Positions 9,257 to 22,245 are shown, counted from the whole stretch's first letter. The stretch: DNA of 58,746 nt, filler included, from Circinaria calcarea (GCA_051942165.1; 8 parts of 8 records of this genome joined end to end with filler, not necessarily neighbours in it); one strand, 5' to 3'. Notes: generated by a model not told the origin, from the letters alone. Numbers and translations: made by a program.

Positions 9257-11310
9257 TCACAGCTTGACATTCCCTGCTTGCAGGTTCTCCCAGTCCTCTC
9301 TCTGAAACTCAACGTACGATCCGCCTTTCAGCCAATAGAGCTTGTCACCTGAAGTCATCTTTTCCAGGTCCACACCTTGACTCCGGAGAATGTGCTTCTG
9401 TTGCTTATTAGTACCTGTGGCCTGCATGTTCTTTGTAACCCGGAGAAATATGGGCACGGCATATTTCGGTAACGTTTGGCCCACGTGTTCTGCCACACTA
9501 CTCAGGAGGTTCGCATCCACATCCCGATCGAATATGATGGCAACGCAGCCTGCTCTCCCATCGTGATTGGGAAGTCCGACGCCATACACGTTGGCCTCGA
9601 TGACAGCTGAATGGCGCCCAACTGCTTCGGCGACCTCAAAAGTCGATACGTTTTCCGACTTCCACCGAAAGGTGTCGCCGATCCTATCAACAAACCACAT
9701 TCTTCCCTCCTTGTCCCATCTCATCACGTCTCCGGTTCTGTAGTACGCGTCGCCCTCGACCAGAACATCTCTCATGATCTTACTATTGGTAGCCGTCTCG
9801 TTACCGAAATATCCCTGGAAGAGTGCTTTAATATCTGCGGGATCAAGCTTCCATAGCACCTCCCCAGGTTGACCCCTTTCAACCGGTTTACAGAAGTTGT
9901 GCCGCTCGGGATCTCTGAAAGGGGTCTCAGCTTCCCAGTCCACCTCCACGAGGACCTGTTTCTTCTTAAGCAATGCAGTTAGAACGGTACCTGCTCTTCC
10001 AACGGCTCCACTTGCGAAGCCGTTGCTGCTTAGGTTCAAGCTCGCACTCGTGGCTTCCGAAGCACTGTACATCTCCGCAATGGTTTCAATGCCAAATCTA
10101 GTTTTGAACCTATCCCAAATGTCCGGTCGCAGACCATTGCCGTAAGCCAGCCTGACATGGTGATCTTTATCTAGATTCTTACCGGTGATGGGATCGAGGA
10201 GAGGTGGGGCAGCAAGTAGGTATCTGCAGGTCTCTCCTACATACTGAATAATTGTAGCTTTAGACTCGCGGACTTCTGGCCAGAATGTCCGATGACTGAA
10301 CTTGCGGCCGATGATGATAGTCGAACCCAGACAAAGAACAGGGCAGAGTCCAAGTATAGTAGCAGTGGAGTGATAAAGGGGCATGCACTAAGTTCGCCCA
10401 AAGTGAGCATTAGATTAACTCCAGAGGGGGTCTGAAGACATGATGGGCTTACAGTATAAAATCTCTCTGTTTTCCGCTTCCAGCCCATCCAGCTCTCGTA
10501 GAAGCTACTACCACTGAGAAATTTGCTCCAGCTTATTATAGCGGGCTTCGGGTGGCCTGTCGTACCGCTCGTGAAGATGAGCAGGGACATATCTCTAGGG
10601 CGGACATTTGACCGAGATGTATCCGGTTCTCTGACACCCCTCGTTTCGAGGATCTGGCTTTTCAGAGCTGCGTGGAAATACACAACCTCAACAGGTCCCT
10701 TGCCATTTCTTATGCCGGGGGATGCCAGAGCCTTGGTAACCTCGGTGGTAAACTGTGGAGTGAGCTCCTCATCAACGAGCACGATCCGTGACGTGGATGT
10801 GTTGATACAGTGTATCAACGGTTTACCGCTCAAATTGTAGTTGATGAGCGCTGGAACAGCCCCTAAGCTCAAGATGGCCAGTAATATGAAGACGAACAGG
10901 TCCGAATTCATAAAATCCATGGCGACGATCTCCTTGGGCGCAACCGCGTACCTGGTCTTCAACCATGTTGCGTACTTGAGCACTATTTCGTACACCTCGC
11001 TATATGTCCGCGATTTGTTGCGGTAGACGATGAAGGGATGATTCGCAGTCTTTCTGGATCGGGCATGGTCTTCGAGAACGTAGAACAGGTTGAGTCGATC
11101 CCGTTTCTCGAGCGAGGAGACATTGACGGCATTCCTGAAATGGCCATACAGAAAGCCATAGTCGTGGCTGAATTGTGTTCGGGCATTGAGGTAAGCAAGA
11201 GAAGCAACAGCTGCTGGGGCAGCGATGGCTAGTGGAACTTGGATTTACAGTCAGCCTCGTCGGCCAATGGGAAGGGTGGCAGTGAAGATCTTGTCACACC
11301 TACTTGGCAT
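9257..11310 (-). CDS. FAT1: Very-long-chain acyl-CoA synthetase / fatty-acid transport protein (FATP family), 3 exons
   Basis: AMP-binding IFTSGTTGHPK and FATP motif YRTGDVMRWD...FVDRIGDTFRWKSENVST. ATG at 11310 with a short first exon and intron; second intron near 10387-10452. Confidence 0.9.
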
Positions 11311-13166
11311 GGTCACGTTTGATACCGTCTCGACCTTCTTCAGAATCAGTCAAGTCCTACGGCTTCTTCTCAGCGTGTCCCTATTCTCTGGTGATCTCGC
11401 TCGACTTCCACCACCATCAGCGAGCTAAGCCCTCGGGACTATTTCTCAGTCGAATAGACATGTCCAGCCATGGCAACCAAATCGGGCTAGGACTGGTTTG
11501 AAAATCGAGAACCGAACCTCGGCCCAAACTTCTATGGTACCATACGGAGTCACGAGCAGCAGATACCCGAGCGTGATATGATCCCGGCGAGGATTTCCTA
11601 CAACATCCTAGCGTTCTGCACAAAGCAGAACATTCATCAGAAGAAAGCCTGGCGACGCTGGACACACCAAAGCAAGCGATAGGATCTCTTAATTCATAAG
11701 CTTAGGAAGGCAAGGCAATAAAGGTACGGAGTACGTTATTCGATTTGCTGTTCTTTGGGCATTCCCGTATCCAATGAGAGGCACATTCTACCAGCGCAAC
11801 GCCTTTTTCGCCTCGCAAGACGGTCGAATCTAGCCGAGAGAAGATGGGCGGATATCTTCATTGGCCTACGTTTCCCTGTTTCGGGTTACTTTTTATATCC
11901 GATCCACATCTCAATCTCAGCCTCCGATTTGACCGCGCAATCACAAAGGCCTAGAAAAGAGGGCAACTATCTTTGTGGTTTTCTCATGGGAAAAATCTAC
12001 CGGCTAGAATTGGTAGCAAGAGATTGGGAATAGGCGAATTTGAGCTCCGTGGCAGCTGAGTGGAAACTCCAAAGACCACTGGATGCGTCTGGCCATGGTT
12101 GATCACTAAGACATCCCCGGTATTCAGGGGCAACCAGTGAGGCAGATGCACAGAGTGAAATCCGGGGTAGTTTGCTGTGTTCCGTACGTGGAACCCCAAT
12201 TGGAACGCGGGGTACGGAGTAGCCTTCTTAGATTCGGAGTAACGACTGGAAAGGTACCGGAGCACCATGGACGCGTTCGCTTCGACCCGACCTCTGGAGC
12301 TGGCTGTAACCTGTCGTTCAACGAAATGCACGGTATATCACAAAGGTTGGATAGACGCTCCGTGATGGTTGCGCTCTCTCCTTACCGTTGATTCGTGAAA
12401 GGTAGTGCCTCTGCCGCGCTCCGTCTCACCTCGGGGTATGGCGAAAGGGAGTTCTCCTCCCTTTCGATGGTAACTGAGGCTCTGCTATATTGGGCTGATT
12501 ACATGATTTCGGTGTATGGGTCGGTGTAATGCTGGCACAACGCTGGCATTGTTTGTTCCAACTACAATGGAGCCAGAACGGAAGCAAGCTTACTCAGGAG
12601 ATTGCTACAAGCCTAAGGATAAGCTTAACGGTCTTGACGAGTAGATCTACACCGGGTATGATCACAACGGGTACATGCGCTTGGGTGCAGAACGTCGCTA
12701 AACACACGGCAATCTTGTCTGGAATAAGAGGTAGGTAGGGTTTGCCCACTATCATCCTTGAAAGCTCAAGTCACCGTACTAGTCATGGTCGAAGGGGACT
12801 GGGATTCAAACCGCAGCGTGGCTATCATAGGATACCGCTATTCGCGCTGCCAATTCACCACCAACAAGAAGATTTACAGACTTACGGGGACACTGAGGCC
12901 TCTTCGAATGATGTTTCAGTGACAGCCTGATCCTGAGTTCGCCCAGGACGGCTTTACATTCCAGAAGGAGAAGCGGGGCACGCTTCGTACTACCAATGTC
13001 ACGCCCAGACGGCGTTTGCAGAAAAGTACATAAAGACACTCCCAATGTCCACAAGGCTCCTCGAACCAGTGCAGCAAGGTCAGACCTCCAAGCCAAACAA
13101 AATCTCATTGCCTGGATCTTACCTCGAAGTTCCCTACACTACGGGGCTTGACCACCTACTGGCATC

Positions 13167-14043
13167 ATGAAGTCTGCCTTCCTGGCCATTACCTTGAGTG
13201 GCTTCCTGGCTTTGGCCCTCCCTACTGAAAAAAGGGTTGCCCTTCCTGCCGACTCGAGCTTGGCCTTGCATGTCGGTGCGCTATATGGCACTTCGTCCAA
13301 CGAGTTAGGTCTGTGTAGGGCCGTAACTGTCATTTTCGCTAGAGGGACTATTGAGCCTGGGTACACTTTAGAGGTCCCGCCGTCTCTATTTGGCTAATGC
13401 TGCAAACCAGCAACGTTGGGTATCTGGCTGGTCCTCCCTTCTTCAATGCGCTGTCGGCCATAATTGGCGCCTCAAATCTCGGAGTCCAAGGTGTTCCATA
13501 TCCAGCCGACATTCCAGGATACCTGAATGGAGGAGATGCCGCCGGGTCTACAACTCTTGCTCAATTGACAGCACAAGCGGCGACTCAGTGCCCGAAGACC
13601 CAAATAGTCCTTGCCGGGTATAGGTGAGTTTCTCACGTTCTTTATGTAAAGATTGAAACTGATGTTCCCCAAGCCAAGGCGCACAGCTCGTACACAATGG
13701 CGCGGCGCAAATCTCGGCCGCAGTGGCTTCGAGAGTCAAGGCAGTGGTATGTTCTCAAAATCCCAAAAGACTTGACTTCTCTCAAGCTGAAAGCCTGCAG
13801 GTTCTCTTCGGCGACCCATACCAAGGCCAAGCTATGCCTAATATCTCGCCAAAGATTGTGAATACGTTCTGTTTCAGTACCGACTTGATCTGCGAAGACA
13901 CAATCTTCGTTGGTGCATCTCACTTAAGGTTCGTTTCTCTTCCTTCCACCTAGCAACTATCTGCTGACATCTGCTGCTCTTACAGTTATAGTCTGAATGC
14001 CATCCCCGCTGCGCGTTTCGTTGCCGCCCATGTTGTCATCTGA
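13167..14043 (+). CDS. Cutinase (CE5), multi-exon, secreted
   Basis: Signal peptide; IFARGT.EPGNVG; GYSQG nucleophile motif split by an intron; VLFGDP; FC...DLIC; catalytic His in SHLSY; several short GT-AG introns. Confidence 0.92.
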
Positions 14044-14640
14044 GGCAGTCAACCCGAATGCATGTTCTTGGATTTGTTTTTAATGAGATCTAAACGAAGT
14101 ACATGTATCTCTGTTACCATTCTCATTCAAGCTAGGAGAATAAATTTCTATGGTTTTACCGGCACGCAAAAATCCCCTCATATCCTTACGCTTGTCCGCA
14201 CTTGTATTCTGTTGACAAAAGCGAGATACTGTACATAATCTATTCTCGAAACCACTCCAGTTGTCTATGACGGATCCGCTCGAAGTGACATTGACTCTCC
14301 TCTCCGCAGAGACTATCTATCTATCCAAGGTGCTCTCTTGGGAAGCGTTGCAAAAAGCTGGAAGATGAATTTGGAAAGGCCAGAGGGTAAAGTAGCCCTG
14401 TCTAGTTTTATCCCCGGGGGGGGGGGGAAGGAAACCCCCCTCAAGCCCCCGTTCCCCAAAAACCCAGGTACAATCGGGCGCGCCGGAAGGAGGAAAAAGG
14501 GAAAAGGGAAAAACATACATGAGATGAGCGTTCATCTTTCCAAGACTCTCAGAGATTGAGGCGGTTATTGAACCGAACTTTTTTTGCCCCATTGTTCTTG
14601 TTTCTTGTTCTTCTTCCCTCCCCCCCCCACCGTATATGAT

Positions 14641-14740
14641 NNNNNNNNNNNNNNNNNNNNNNNNNNNNNNNNNNNNNNNNNNNNTTAATTAATTAANNNN
14701 NNNNNNNNNNNNNNNNNNNNNNNNNNNNNNNNNNNNNNNN
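14641..14740. other. Artificial contig linker
   Basis: N run - TTAATTAATTAA - N run. Confidence 0.98.
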
Positions 14741-15346
14741 ATATTATCTACGTGCTCCGAAATCTATTTATTAATTTAATAAAAAAATTTATCACGATAT
14801 TTATCTAACACATTTAAGCAGTAGGTAAATAAAAATAACGATATTTTTTCAATCCTAGATAATATTAATTAAAAGACTTTAATTATTAGAGTAGTAATGC
14901 TCATTCGGAATTCTTAATCCGATATTCATTATCTGTAAGGATTAAAGCGAGTATACCATTATGAAACCTTTACTGCATCAACCACTAATTTCGGCTAGTG
15001 TTAAGTCTGTTTTTCAAAGCTTTTCGCTGGTAGACTGTTGAGGTGTTTCCGATGTGAGCTTGCTCGCTTTCTTTGATGAAGGCTCCGGCCTGCATCTTCA
15101 GTCTCTAGATTAGCAGGATTGCTACAGAGTGGATCGGAAAGCGGGTATCACGTGATAGTAGTAGTCAGATAGCGCCTTGGCGGTTCTTTTTGTATCTCCA
15201 CCGTCTTTCCAGCCTACAAATCACTCCTTATAACTTCCACCTACTTCCTCCCTCCGACGCCATCGCTACCTGTGTGCCGCTTTTGTTTTTTCTGCCTTTG
15301 CTTATATGGCGTTACAGCACGCGGAGAAGCAAACTTCAGCAAACCA

Positions 15347-15815
15347 TCACGAATCGATCAATCGCCAAACGAAAATGCGTCCAACAGGTGACAGCAGGAG
15401 GAGACGAGCACGTAGGTTAGAGAAACGCCAACAGAGATGGAACGAGTCGTGCGCTGCAACCAACGCGGAGAACCGAGGATATCCGGCGTGGTAATCTTCA
15501 ACTGAGAAGAGTGAGCGACACAATCTTGTAGGTGGGCTCGGACTCGAAAAGTATCGTACTATGCACTGCCTGCACCTCGCAAGCTTTGCCGCTACTGGCA
15601 TATTTTGAGATTCTTTTCTTCCAGGATAAAAGCACACTTTTGAGTCTATTCGCGTATCTCGTAATCTGAGCCTGCATCATTCTTATCAATGACAGAAGAT
15701 CTTCGTTTTCTGGGGGAACGAAAGGCTTGTTAAGGTACTGACCGAGCTCGATCCCTATTTCTAATGATAACGTAAGCATACGCAGCAATATCAGCAGCGG
15801 CGAGGCCAGCGCCAA
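15347..15815 (-). pseudogene. DUF6594-like protein fragment
   Basis: VEDYHAGYPRFSALVAAHDSFHLCWRFSNLRARLLLL resembles the DUF6594 N-terminal motif (GYP..A.......F...RRF..L.AR.LL). The frame collapses soon after. Confidence 0.6.
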
Positions 15816-16299
15816 ACACGACGTAGCTCGAAAACCGCGGAGATTGTGGGGCTTGAGGTGGGTGAAGCCTTATTGTTTAGTCTTGCTGCGATGTTGAATA
15901 CGACAGTGACCGTCGAGGAGGTTGATATGAATCGACAGGGTGAGGGAGGTAATGCCGGAGAAAGGAGTTGTGCCTAAGAAACTGGGTACAGAGTGGGTGA
16001 AGATGATGGTCAAGGAAAGGTTGACGGGAGATTGAGTATCACTGATGCATATATGCTGGAACTTGAGCCTGGGGTGACAATTGGGACAGGAGTAGCACTA
16101 ATTGTACAAGCCTGCGGAGTAGAGCGAATATGAAAAATTCTTGTGTCCGCACAAATGTCTTTATTTGGACCAGATGTGCCATAGCAATACTTTAGCAGAA
16201 GATTCAATGAACTGGCTGCGAGAGCCAGCACTCACATCGCTAATCTGCAACATTAAATGATGCTAACATAGAATACCTCAAACCTGACGAATGCTTTCC

Positions 16300-16730
16300 G
16301 GCCTGAATCTTAATCTTAACGATAACGATTTGAAGCTCCGCTTGGTTGTGATGCCGAAATACTACGAGCTCGTACACATAAGTACTTCCCGAGCTTCTTA
16401 TGTACCTCCAGAAGCTGAAGGAAATAATTGTAGTCTAGTAGCATCGTAAGCCGCGAAGCTGCATACCAGAAAATCTATGCTCTCAGCGGGTCCTCCTTGA
16501 CTCTTTCTGGAAGTTCTGCACAAGCTATATCAAGGAGGTCGCAAACGCCTTGATCTGCTATGGTAGTTTAACTGGTAAATGATGCTGTGAATTTACGTAG
16601 AGTGGCGCATTGGAAGCCCTTTGCCTGGAGTTTTTCACCGAGAGCATAGAGCCGAGCAAGGACGATGTAGTCTATATCGCGACTAATCATTTCCTCTCCG
16701 AGCCATCCGTCTCTATATAGGTATTATACG
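16300..16730 (-). pseudogene. Fungal BTB/POZ-type protein, C-terminal relic
   Basis: Translates as LYRDG...YIVLARLYALGEKLQAKGFQCATLRKF...S*...CAELPERVKEDPLRA*IFWYAA with TAA/TAG stops; upstream part is AT-rich and decayed. Confidence 0.55.
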
Positions 16731-17534
16731 AAATAGCTAAAGAATCCTAAGTCTTTTTAATTAAATATAATCTTTTTTTTAAAAATTATTCTTGATATTT
16801 TTTACCAGTCGATCCGATTTACAAATTAATAAAATAGCGTAAAATAAAAAAGTTTTCGGGGTATTAATATCAATTATTATAGAAAATACCGGCGATATAA
16901 GGAAGTTTCTAAGGAATCAGCGGTATTAAGAATAAACTAGTTCGAGGATCGAGCTCTGAGAATTTCTGAGAATTATTAATTATTTTTATTAAATCTGAAA
17001 TAGTGGGTGATCGGGCCTGCTTAACCGCTTATTTAATTTCAGTATTACTTATTTTCTGGAAAATCTAATTTTATTAAATTATATTTAATAGGGAAGCGCA
17101 CAGCAAGCCGGTAGAGATTAAAATTAAATATAAAAACGATAGTGGATTCACTGTTCTTATATATATCGATGCGTGAAGAAAGATATATTTCTTCGAATAT
17201 AGTTTTATTAATTCGGAACTCCCCGCACCACTTTTGGGGTCCGGGGTTTATATCGAAACCATTATACCCTTTTTATACGGCCGGACGAAAATTTAACTTC
17301 CTTCGCCTCATAACTCATACAATATTTGCTCATCGCTATGAAGAGTTTTAAATAATAGGATCGAAATCAGTCAAGAAGAATATAGGAATAAATTTAGAAA
17401 TTATAATAATAATCTATATCGAGCTTAAGAATATTAACGAGAAAATAACGCGGACTCCGCCCAGGACTCGAGTTTCGGGATGTATTATAAACGACGATGC
17501 GTTAGATGCGCAAGAGTAAGAAGGGTCTATAATG

Positions 17535-17937
17535 ATGGCTCTACCGATGAAGTCTGATACCGCGATTTTAGACATATCTTAGAACCAGAACATTCTGAAT
17601 ATCCTCTACTCTAAATTGACAGCAATCACAGACGTGATCGCTGCAGGGCGAAACGTTGCTATGGCCACAAACTATTCAGCTGCTGCAAATCAAGAGCAGC
17701 GCGCATTAAAGAAAGCAGTCGATCAAATATATCCTTCGGAGCTCGAAGTATGGACATGGTTCTAAACGGGTTCTTATGCTCTCCCAGACATAGACTAGAG
17801 AAATAATATCGATTCAACTCCATTATCACCGAAACCACTAAAAACTGCACGCTGTCGTGCAGAAGCTCTAAATCGACTCTACAAGACAGATCAGGCACAG
17901 CCATACCATTCGGTTTGGTTTTCTCTCAGAATAATAA
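17535..17937 (+). pseudogene. Decayed ORF of unknown family
   Basis: Protein-like frame (MALPMKSDTAILDIS*NQN...EVWTWF*TG...RCRAEALNRLY) broken by TAG/TAA, next to AT-rich DNA. Confidence 0.3.
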
Positions 17938-18289
17938 CCACAACTTCCTGTAGCACATGTCCAAAATCCTATCCCCATCCCAGTTCCATAGCGTTCTTAA
18001 AATAATAACACTCTCCCATCATCACCATCATCATCATCAGAGCCTTCATCGGATTTATCGGCAATCTTTGCGGTTTTCTAATTCATGGCGTCGTGGCTCC
18101 AGTCGTCCATATCTTCGTTAAGTACAGTTGTTTGTTCAAAACAGGACTTTTTTTTCCTTTGCATGAGGTAGATTTGACGTAATGGGATACAAATCTATGA
18201 AATTCTATATTAGGCTCCGAAGATAGCTGGTTGATATCACAATTTACCGCTGTGAATGTCTGTTGGTTCTCCGTCATCCGCGTATACTG

Positions 18290-19176
18290 AAGTCCCCAAT
18301 CCTATTGTCGAATCAGGGTGAGATCTGACCCTCGATAATCTAACACGATCTTGTTCAGTACAAAGAGCCTGATTCCTTTAATCATCATGTTCAGGATATC
18401 CTCTTATTCTTTAACCAACACTAGCGAGTCGTCCTGGATGTATAAAGACTGCCATTATATAGATAAGTTGTTACTGCACCCCGAAATGTGGACTTGTAGA
18501 GGATGAGCTTGAAAATAACGATAACACAAGAAACAATCTGGTCTACTGGCGCCAATATATCGAATTCCATCGAAGAACCGGAGATCCTTGCGGTAAAACA
18601 GATCTAAGAGGACAATCTCGGCATAAGTTCTTAGCTTGAACTTGGGGTTATTATATTCGTTTCGAATGCGCTTTTCCAGCTCAAGACGGAACTTTCCATT
18701 CTGAGAGTGAAGCTCTTTTTGGTAGTAATTGCAGGCTTTAGGATTTGTCACTACTCTACTAATGATGCCATTAATTGAGGACTTCGATCCGTAAGAGGGT
18801 AGTATGAAGTTCAGACGATTCGTTCCAATTTCAATTGAATAATCCATGAACAGCTTAGGACAATGCCTTCCCGCTTCCTCTAAAACCGACGAGGCTTTAG
18901 TATGTGACTCTAAACGACCAATGAAATGTCGAACGCGGGGATAATAAGCTCCAGACGAGGTGTCCTTTTCTCTTATACTGCTTCCTTTGGCCTTCTGTTT
19001 GACTGCTTCCAAGAATTTCGAGTCTCTGGCTTTGTAGCATAATCGGCAAAAGCTGAGTGGGTCTAACTCTGAATCATTTAGTGAAACGAGCCATTCCTTG
19101 AGAGGATCTGCATCTGGTTGATCTAACTGTGAGCCAAGAACTGGAAACTTATAAACGCCTTTTTTGTGTCGGGCAT
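18290..19176 (-). pseudogene. OTT_1508-like nucleic acid deaminase, inactivated
   Basis: RHFIGRL...TYAEIVLL...YIGASRPDCFLC...NNL matches the HAE / YIG.SK..C..C layout of this family; HAE reads YAE and two in-frame TAA follow. Confidence 0.75.
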
Positions 19177-19443
19177 CTACGGCGACGAAAAAGTTTCAGT
19201 GCGGGTAGGGTAGGGCTTTCTCGCTCGGCTTAGGCCCACTAAGAAAGAAGTCACTTTCTCATCCGGTAGGTCTAAACTTTGGTGGGCCGAGCGGCAAAGT
19301 GACTTCTTCGTGAGTAGGCTTAAGCCGAGCGGGAAAGCCGGCCCGTTGACCAACGGGCCTGAGCCACTTGGCAAAGTGATTAATGGTCCCGAACAGATCT
19401 TATCCATCTATCAACAATTTTTCTCAGACAAAATCCTGGCGAT

Positions 19444-20298
19444 ATGAATATTGCATCCGAAGTGCTGCAGCTCCAGAAAGAAGTGTCTCGTTTGCAACAT
19501 CGAGTAGAGTATCTTGAGACAAGGCCTAATATCACTAGCCGGGTGCTTGAGTTTGTGGGCCGCAATATCGACAAGCCAACATTTCCTTTCCTTCAACTTC
19601 CGCGGGAGATCCGAGACCAAATTTATCTCTACGCACTCATATGCACCCCCTACGCCAATCTATCCCCTCAGTATATGGATAGTTACAGACCACCTACACC
19701 TGCGATATGTCTGGTGAATAGGCAGCTCAGCGTCGAAGCGAACAAGATCCTCTACTCGAGAAATACAGTTCATTTTGAGGTCCCGGATGATATACACGAT
19801 TGCCTTGAGGCAATCGGAAGCGTCAATAAGGCTTATGTTCGATCTATATCCATATGGTTCGACTATCGTACAATCGAGCAACGTCAACGTGATGGAGTGT
19901 CAACCTCAGGCACTGCTTCCCACTGGGCGAGGGCCTTGTTCGGAAGTGGACTGACGAACCTCATGAAGATAGATCTCTCAACTGAGTATGTCGGCGCATC
20001 ATCCTATTCATTGTATTACCCGTCTATGGATCCCGCCATGGAACATGTGATTAAATACCTTTTTCAAAAAGATCAAGAAGAAACAACGCGACATCTAATG
20101 CTTACTGGATTCAACTACGACGATCGGAAGAAATTTCCGGGCAATTGGCGGGTTACAATGACGCAGTTCGATCCGGATTGGATTGATGACCCGGACTATG
20201 CTGGCCTGATGCCGATTCCACCACGAGAATATCTTGACGATGGTGACGATAGACGAATGCCGTCCAGCAACGTCGGTAGGGTAAAGACCGATAACTGA
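19444..20298 (+). CDS. Hypothetical protein with F-box-like motif
   Basis: 284-aa intact ORF; FPFLQLPREIRDQIYLYAL...AICLVNRQLSVEANKILYSRN is typical of fungal F-box-like accessory proteins. Confidence 0.75.
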   Translation: MNIASEVLQLQKEVSRLQHRVEYLETRPNITSRVLEFVGRNIDKPTFPFLQLPREIRDQIYLYALICTPYANLSPQYMDSYRPPTPAICLVNRQLSVEANKILYSRNTVHFEVPDDIHDCLEAIGSVNKAYVRSISIWFDYRTIEQRQRDGVSTSGTASHWARALFGSGLTNLMKIDLSTEYVGASSYSLYYPSMDPAMEHVIKYLFQKDQEETTRHLMLTGFNYDDRKKFPGNWRVTMTQFDPDWIDDPDYAGLMPIPPREYLDDGDDRRMPSSNVGRVKTDN

Positions 20299-21195
20299 GC
20301 TGTGTGCCCTGTCCTAAATTATGGGCACGCACCGCGGGATATGAGAATGTAGAGAACGGGAATAGATAGGCTTTGGAAAGGAAAATGAGGAATGCCATAT
20401 AGTGTGTAAAAAGTACAGGATACTCTTGGGGTAGAAGCCTTATTTTGCGGTGGCTTGATCTTGCAGTGGACTACCACCAGGGTTTCGCTTCTCGTATCTA
20501 TTCCACAGGCAGCATGTTCAGTCAGTGAATCTGCGTAAATTTAAAATAAAATACGGGTTTAAAAGGAGAGCTCACTCGTCCCAAAGGTCCAATATTCGTT
20601 TGTAGTTTACCTCTGTACCATCCTTAAGCGTTTTAGAATCTTTGTCACCATCAGAATCTATTTTCTTCCTCATACTGATTTGAGGAGCTGCAAAAGTGGA
20701 AGAAGAACAAGAGATTAACTAGGAAAACCTATACAGTAATGTAAATGAAGCGCACGACAAAAAAGGAGAGAGCTTATAATGGCTCCCTTTGCAACATGAG
20801 TCTCATAATGGCTCCACCTAAAGAATAAAGCGGAACTTAGTGGATAAAGGAGCATCGAGGGGCTAAGGACGAGCAGAGGGGCAGCAGGTAGGGGGAGAGG
20901 GGAGCAGAGGGAAAGCATGAGCAGTGTTCTCGATACCCCACCCCACACTTACACCGGGGTGGGGTGGGTTGGGTGTCACATACTGACTGCGCTTTCGATT
21001 CCAGCTGACATATGGGAATTTGTCTGCACATATCCAGCCGGGGCGCCTGGTGGATCGTAGGTCTTGCTTCGTACCTACCAGGCAGGTTCAGCGTCATCAA
21101 ATGTAGCATTCAGGAAGTTGCACGAGCTACATCGGCTGCATCGACCATCTTTCCTCCAATCAAATTCAACAATCATACTAGCGGCAAGTTCATTG

Positions 21196-21990
21196 ATGCC
21201 GAAAAATGGTGGTAAGGATCAGGAAGCCCAAGACACTGACAAGAACATGGACTGGGGGGACGATCGAGCCACGCTTGTCAACTCGGACTGTGACCTTGAT
21301 ACTGACAATGCCAGCACGTACTCTGATAGTGACAGTGACAGCGGAACCGACGATGACGTCGATGCAGGCCTAGATGAGACCGGGTGTTTACTTTAGAGAC
21401 ACATCACTTTAATCATTGCGCCTCACTGCATCCCCGAGGAGCCTAATATCCTATTCGCCAAGGTGACACTCACTCATACAAAAGGAGAAGATAATCGGCC
21501 CCGGGAGTAAGTTATCCCCTAATCCTTATACATTTCCGATATCATTACTAAACTATTCTCGAATAGAAAGATATTTATTATCGAGCGAGAAGATAATCCT
21601 CTTCTTTATCTCCTCGATCATCTATTCTTTATAGCCCTTTACGATAACGTTTTCGCCGTCGAGTCGTTAAATAATATCAGTAATATTTTTCGCGCTAAAA
21701 TCCCTATTAGAAAGAAATGACTTTAATTAAAAATAAAACGAAAAATCCTTAATACCCCGGTTTTCCGTGAGCCCGGACCCGCTGTAGATAAATATCATAT
21801 ATCGCCGACAGAGCCTTTATAATCGGGTATATAACTTCATTACCTCAGACGACTGGATTATAACTCTGGGTTAAAGCTTTTTTTTATTTAATATTATGCA
21901 CGACGTGGCCTAGTTAATATTATTAATAATAAATCGGCTCTTCTGCTATAGCCTTCTTCTCCTACACAATATCGGTGCTAACACTTGCAG
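21196..21990 (+). pseudogene. DUF3435 tyrosine-recombinase (Starship captain-like) relic
   Basis: Acidic tract, then CLL*RHITLII...PNILFAKVTLTHTKGEDNRP, intron, FIIEREDNPLLYLLDHLFFIALYDNVFA...PVFRE...YLRRL...YYARRGLVN. Many stops; AT content rises toward the 3' end. Confidence 0.7.
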
Positions 21991-22006
21991 TGTTCTCAAT
22001 ACCCCA

Positions 22007-22106
22007 NNNNNNNNNNNNNNNNNNNNNNNNNNNNNNNNNNNNNNNNNNNNTTAATTAATTAANNNNNNNNNNNNNNNNNNNNNNNNNNNNNNNNNNNNNN
22101 NNNNNN
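22007..22106. other. Artificial contig linker
   Basis: N run - TTAATTAATTAA - N run. Confidence 0.98.
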
Positions 22107-22245
22107 ACCATGATCCAGTAGAACGCGAAGCAACCAAAAGTCGCAAACACCATGGCCATGCAATTCTCGCGCTCGAATGCTCAAAGTTTCACCATGTCTC
22201 CATGCAGCAAACTCCAGTGCACCCTGATGGCCAGTGCAGAACAGG

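Noticed and set aside
14330..14640. Homopolymer-rich ORFs at contig ends (also 43800-44071)
   Set aside because: Pattern typical of low-quality read ends; no protein features.
19177..19380. TA-CGGCGACGAAAAAGTTTC as a transposon TIR truncating the deaminase gene
   Set aside because: No matching inverted copy or transposase found in the contig.
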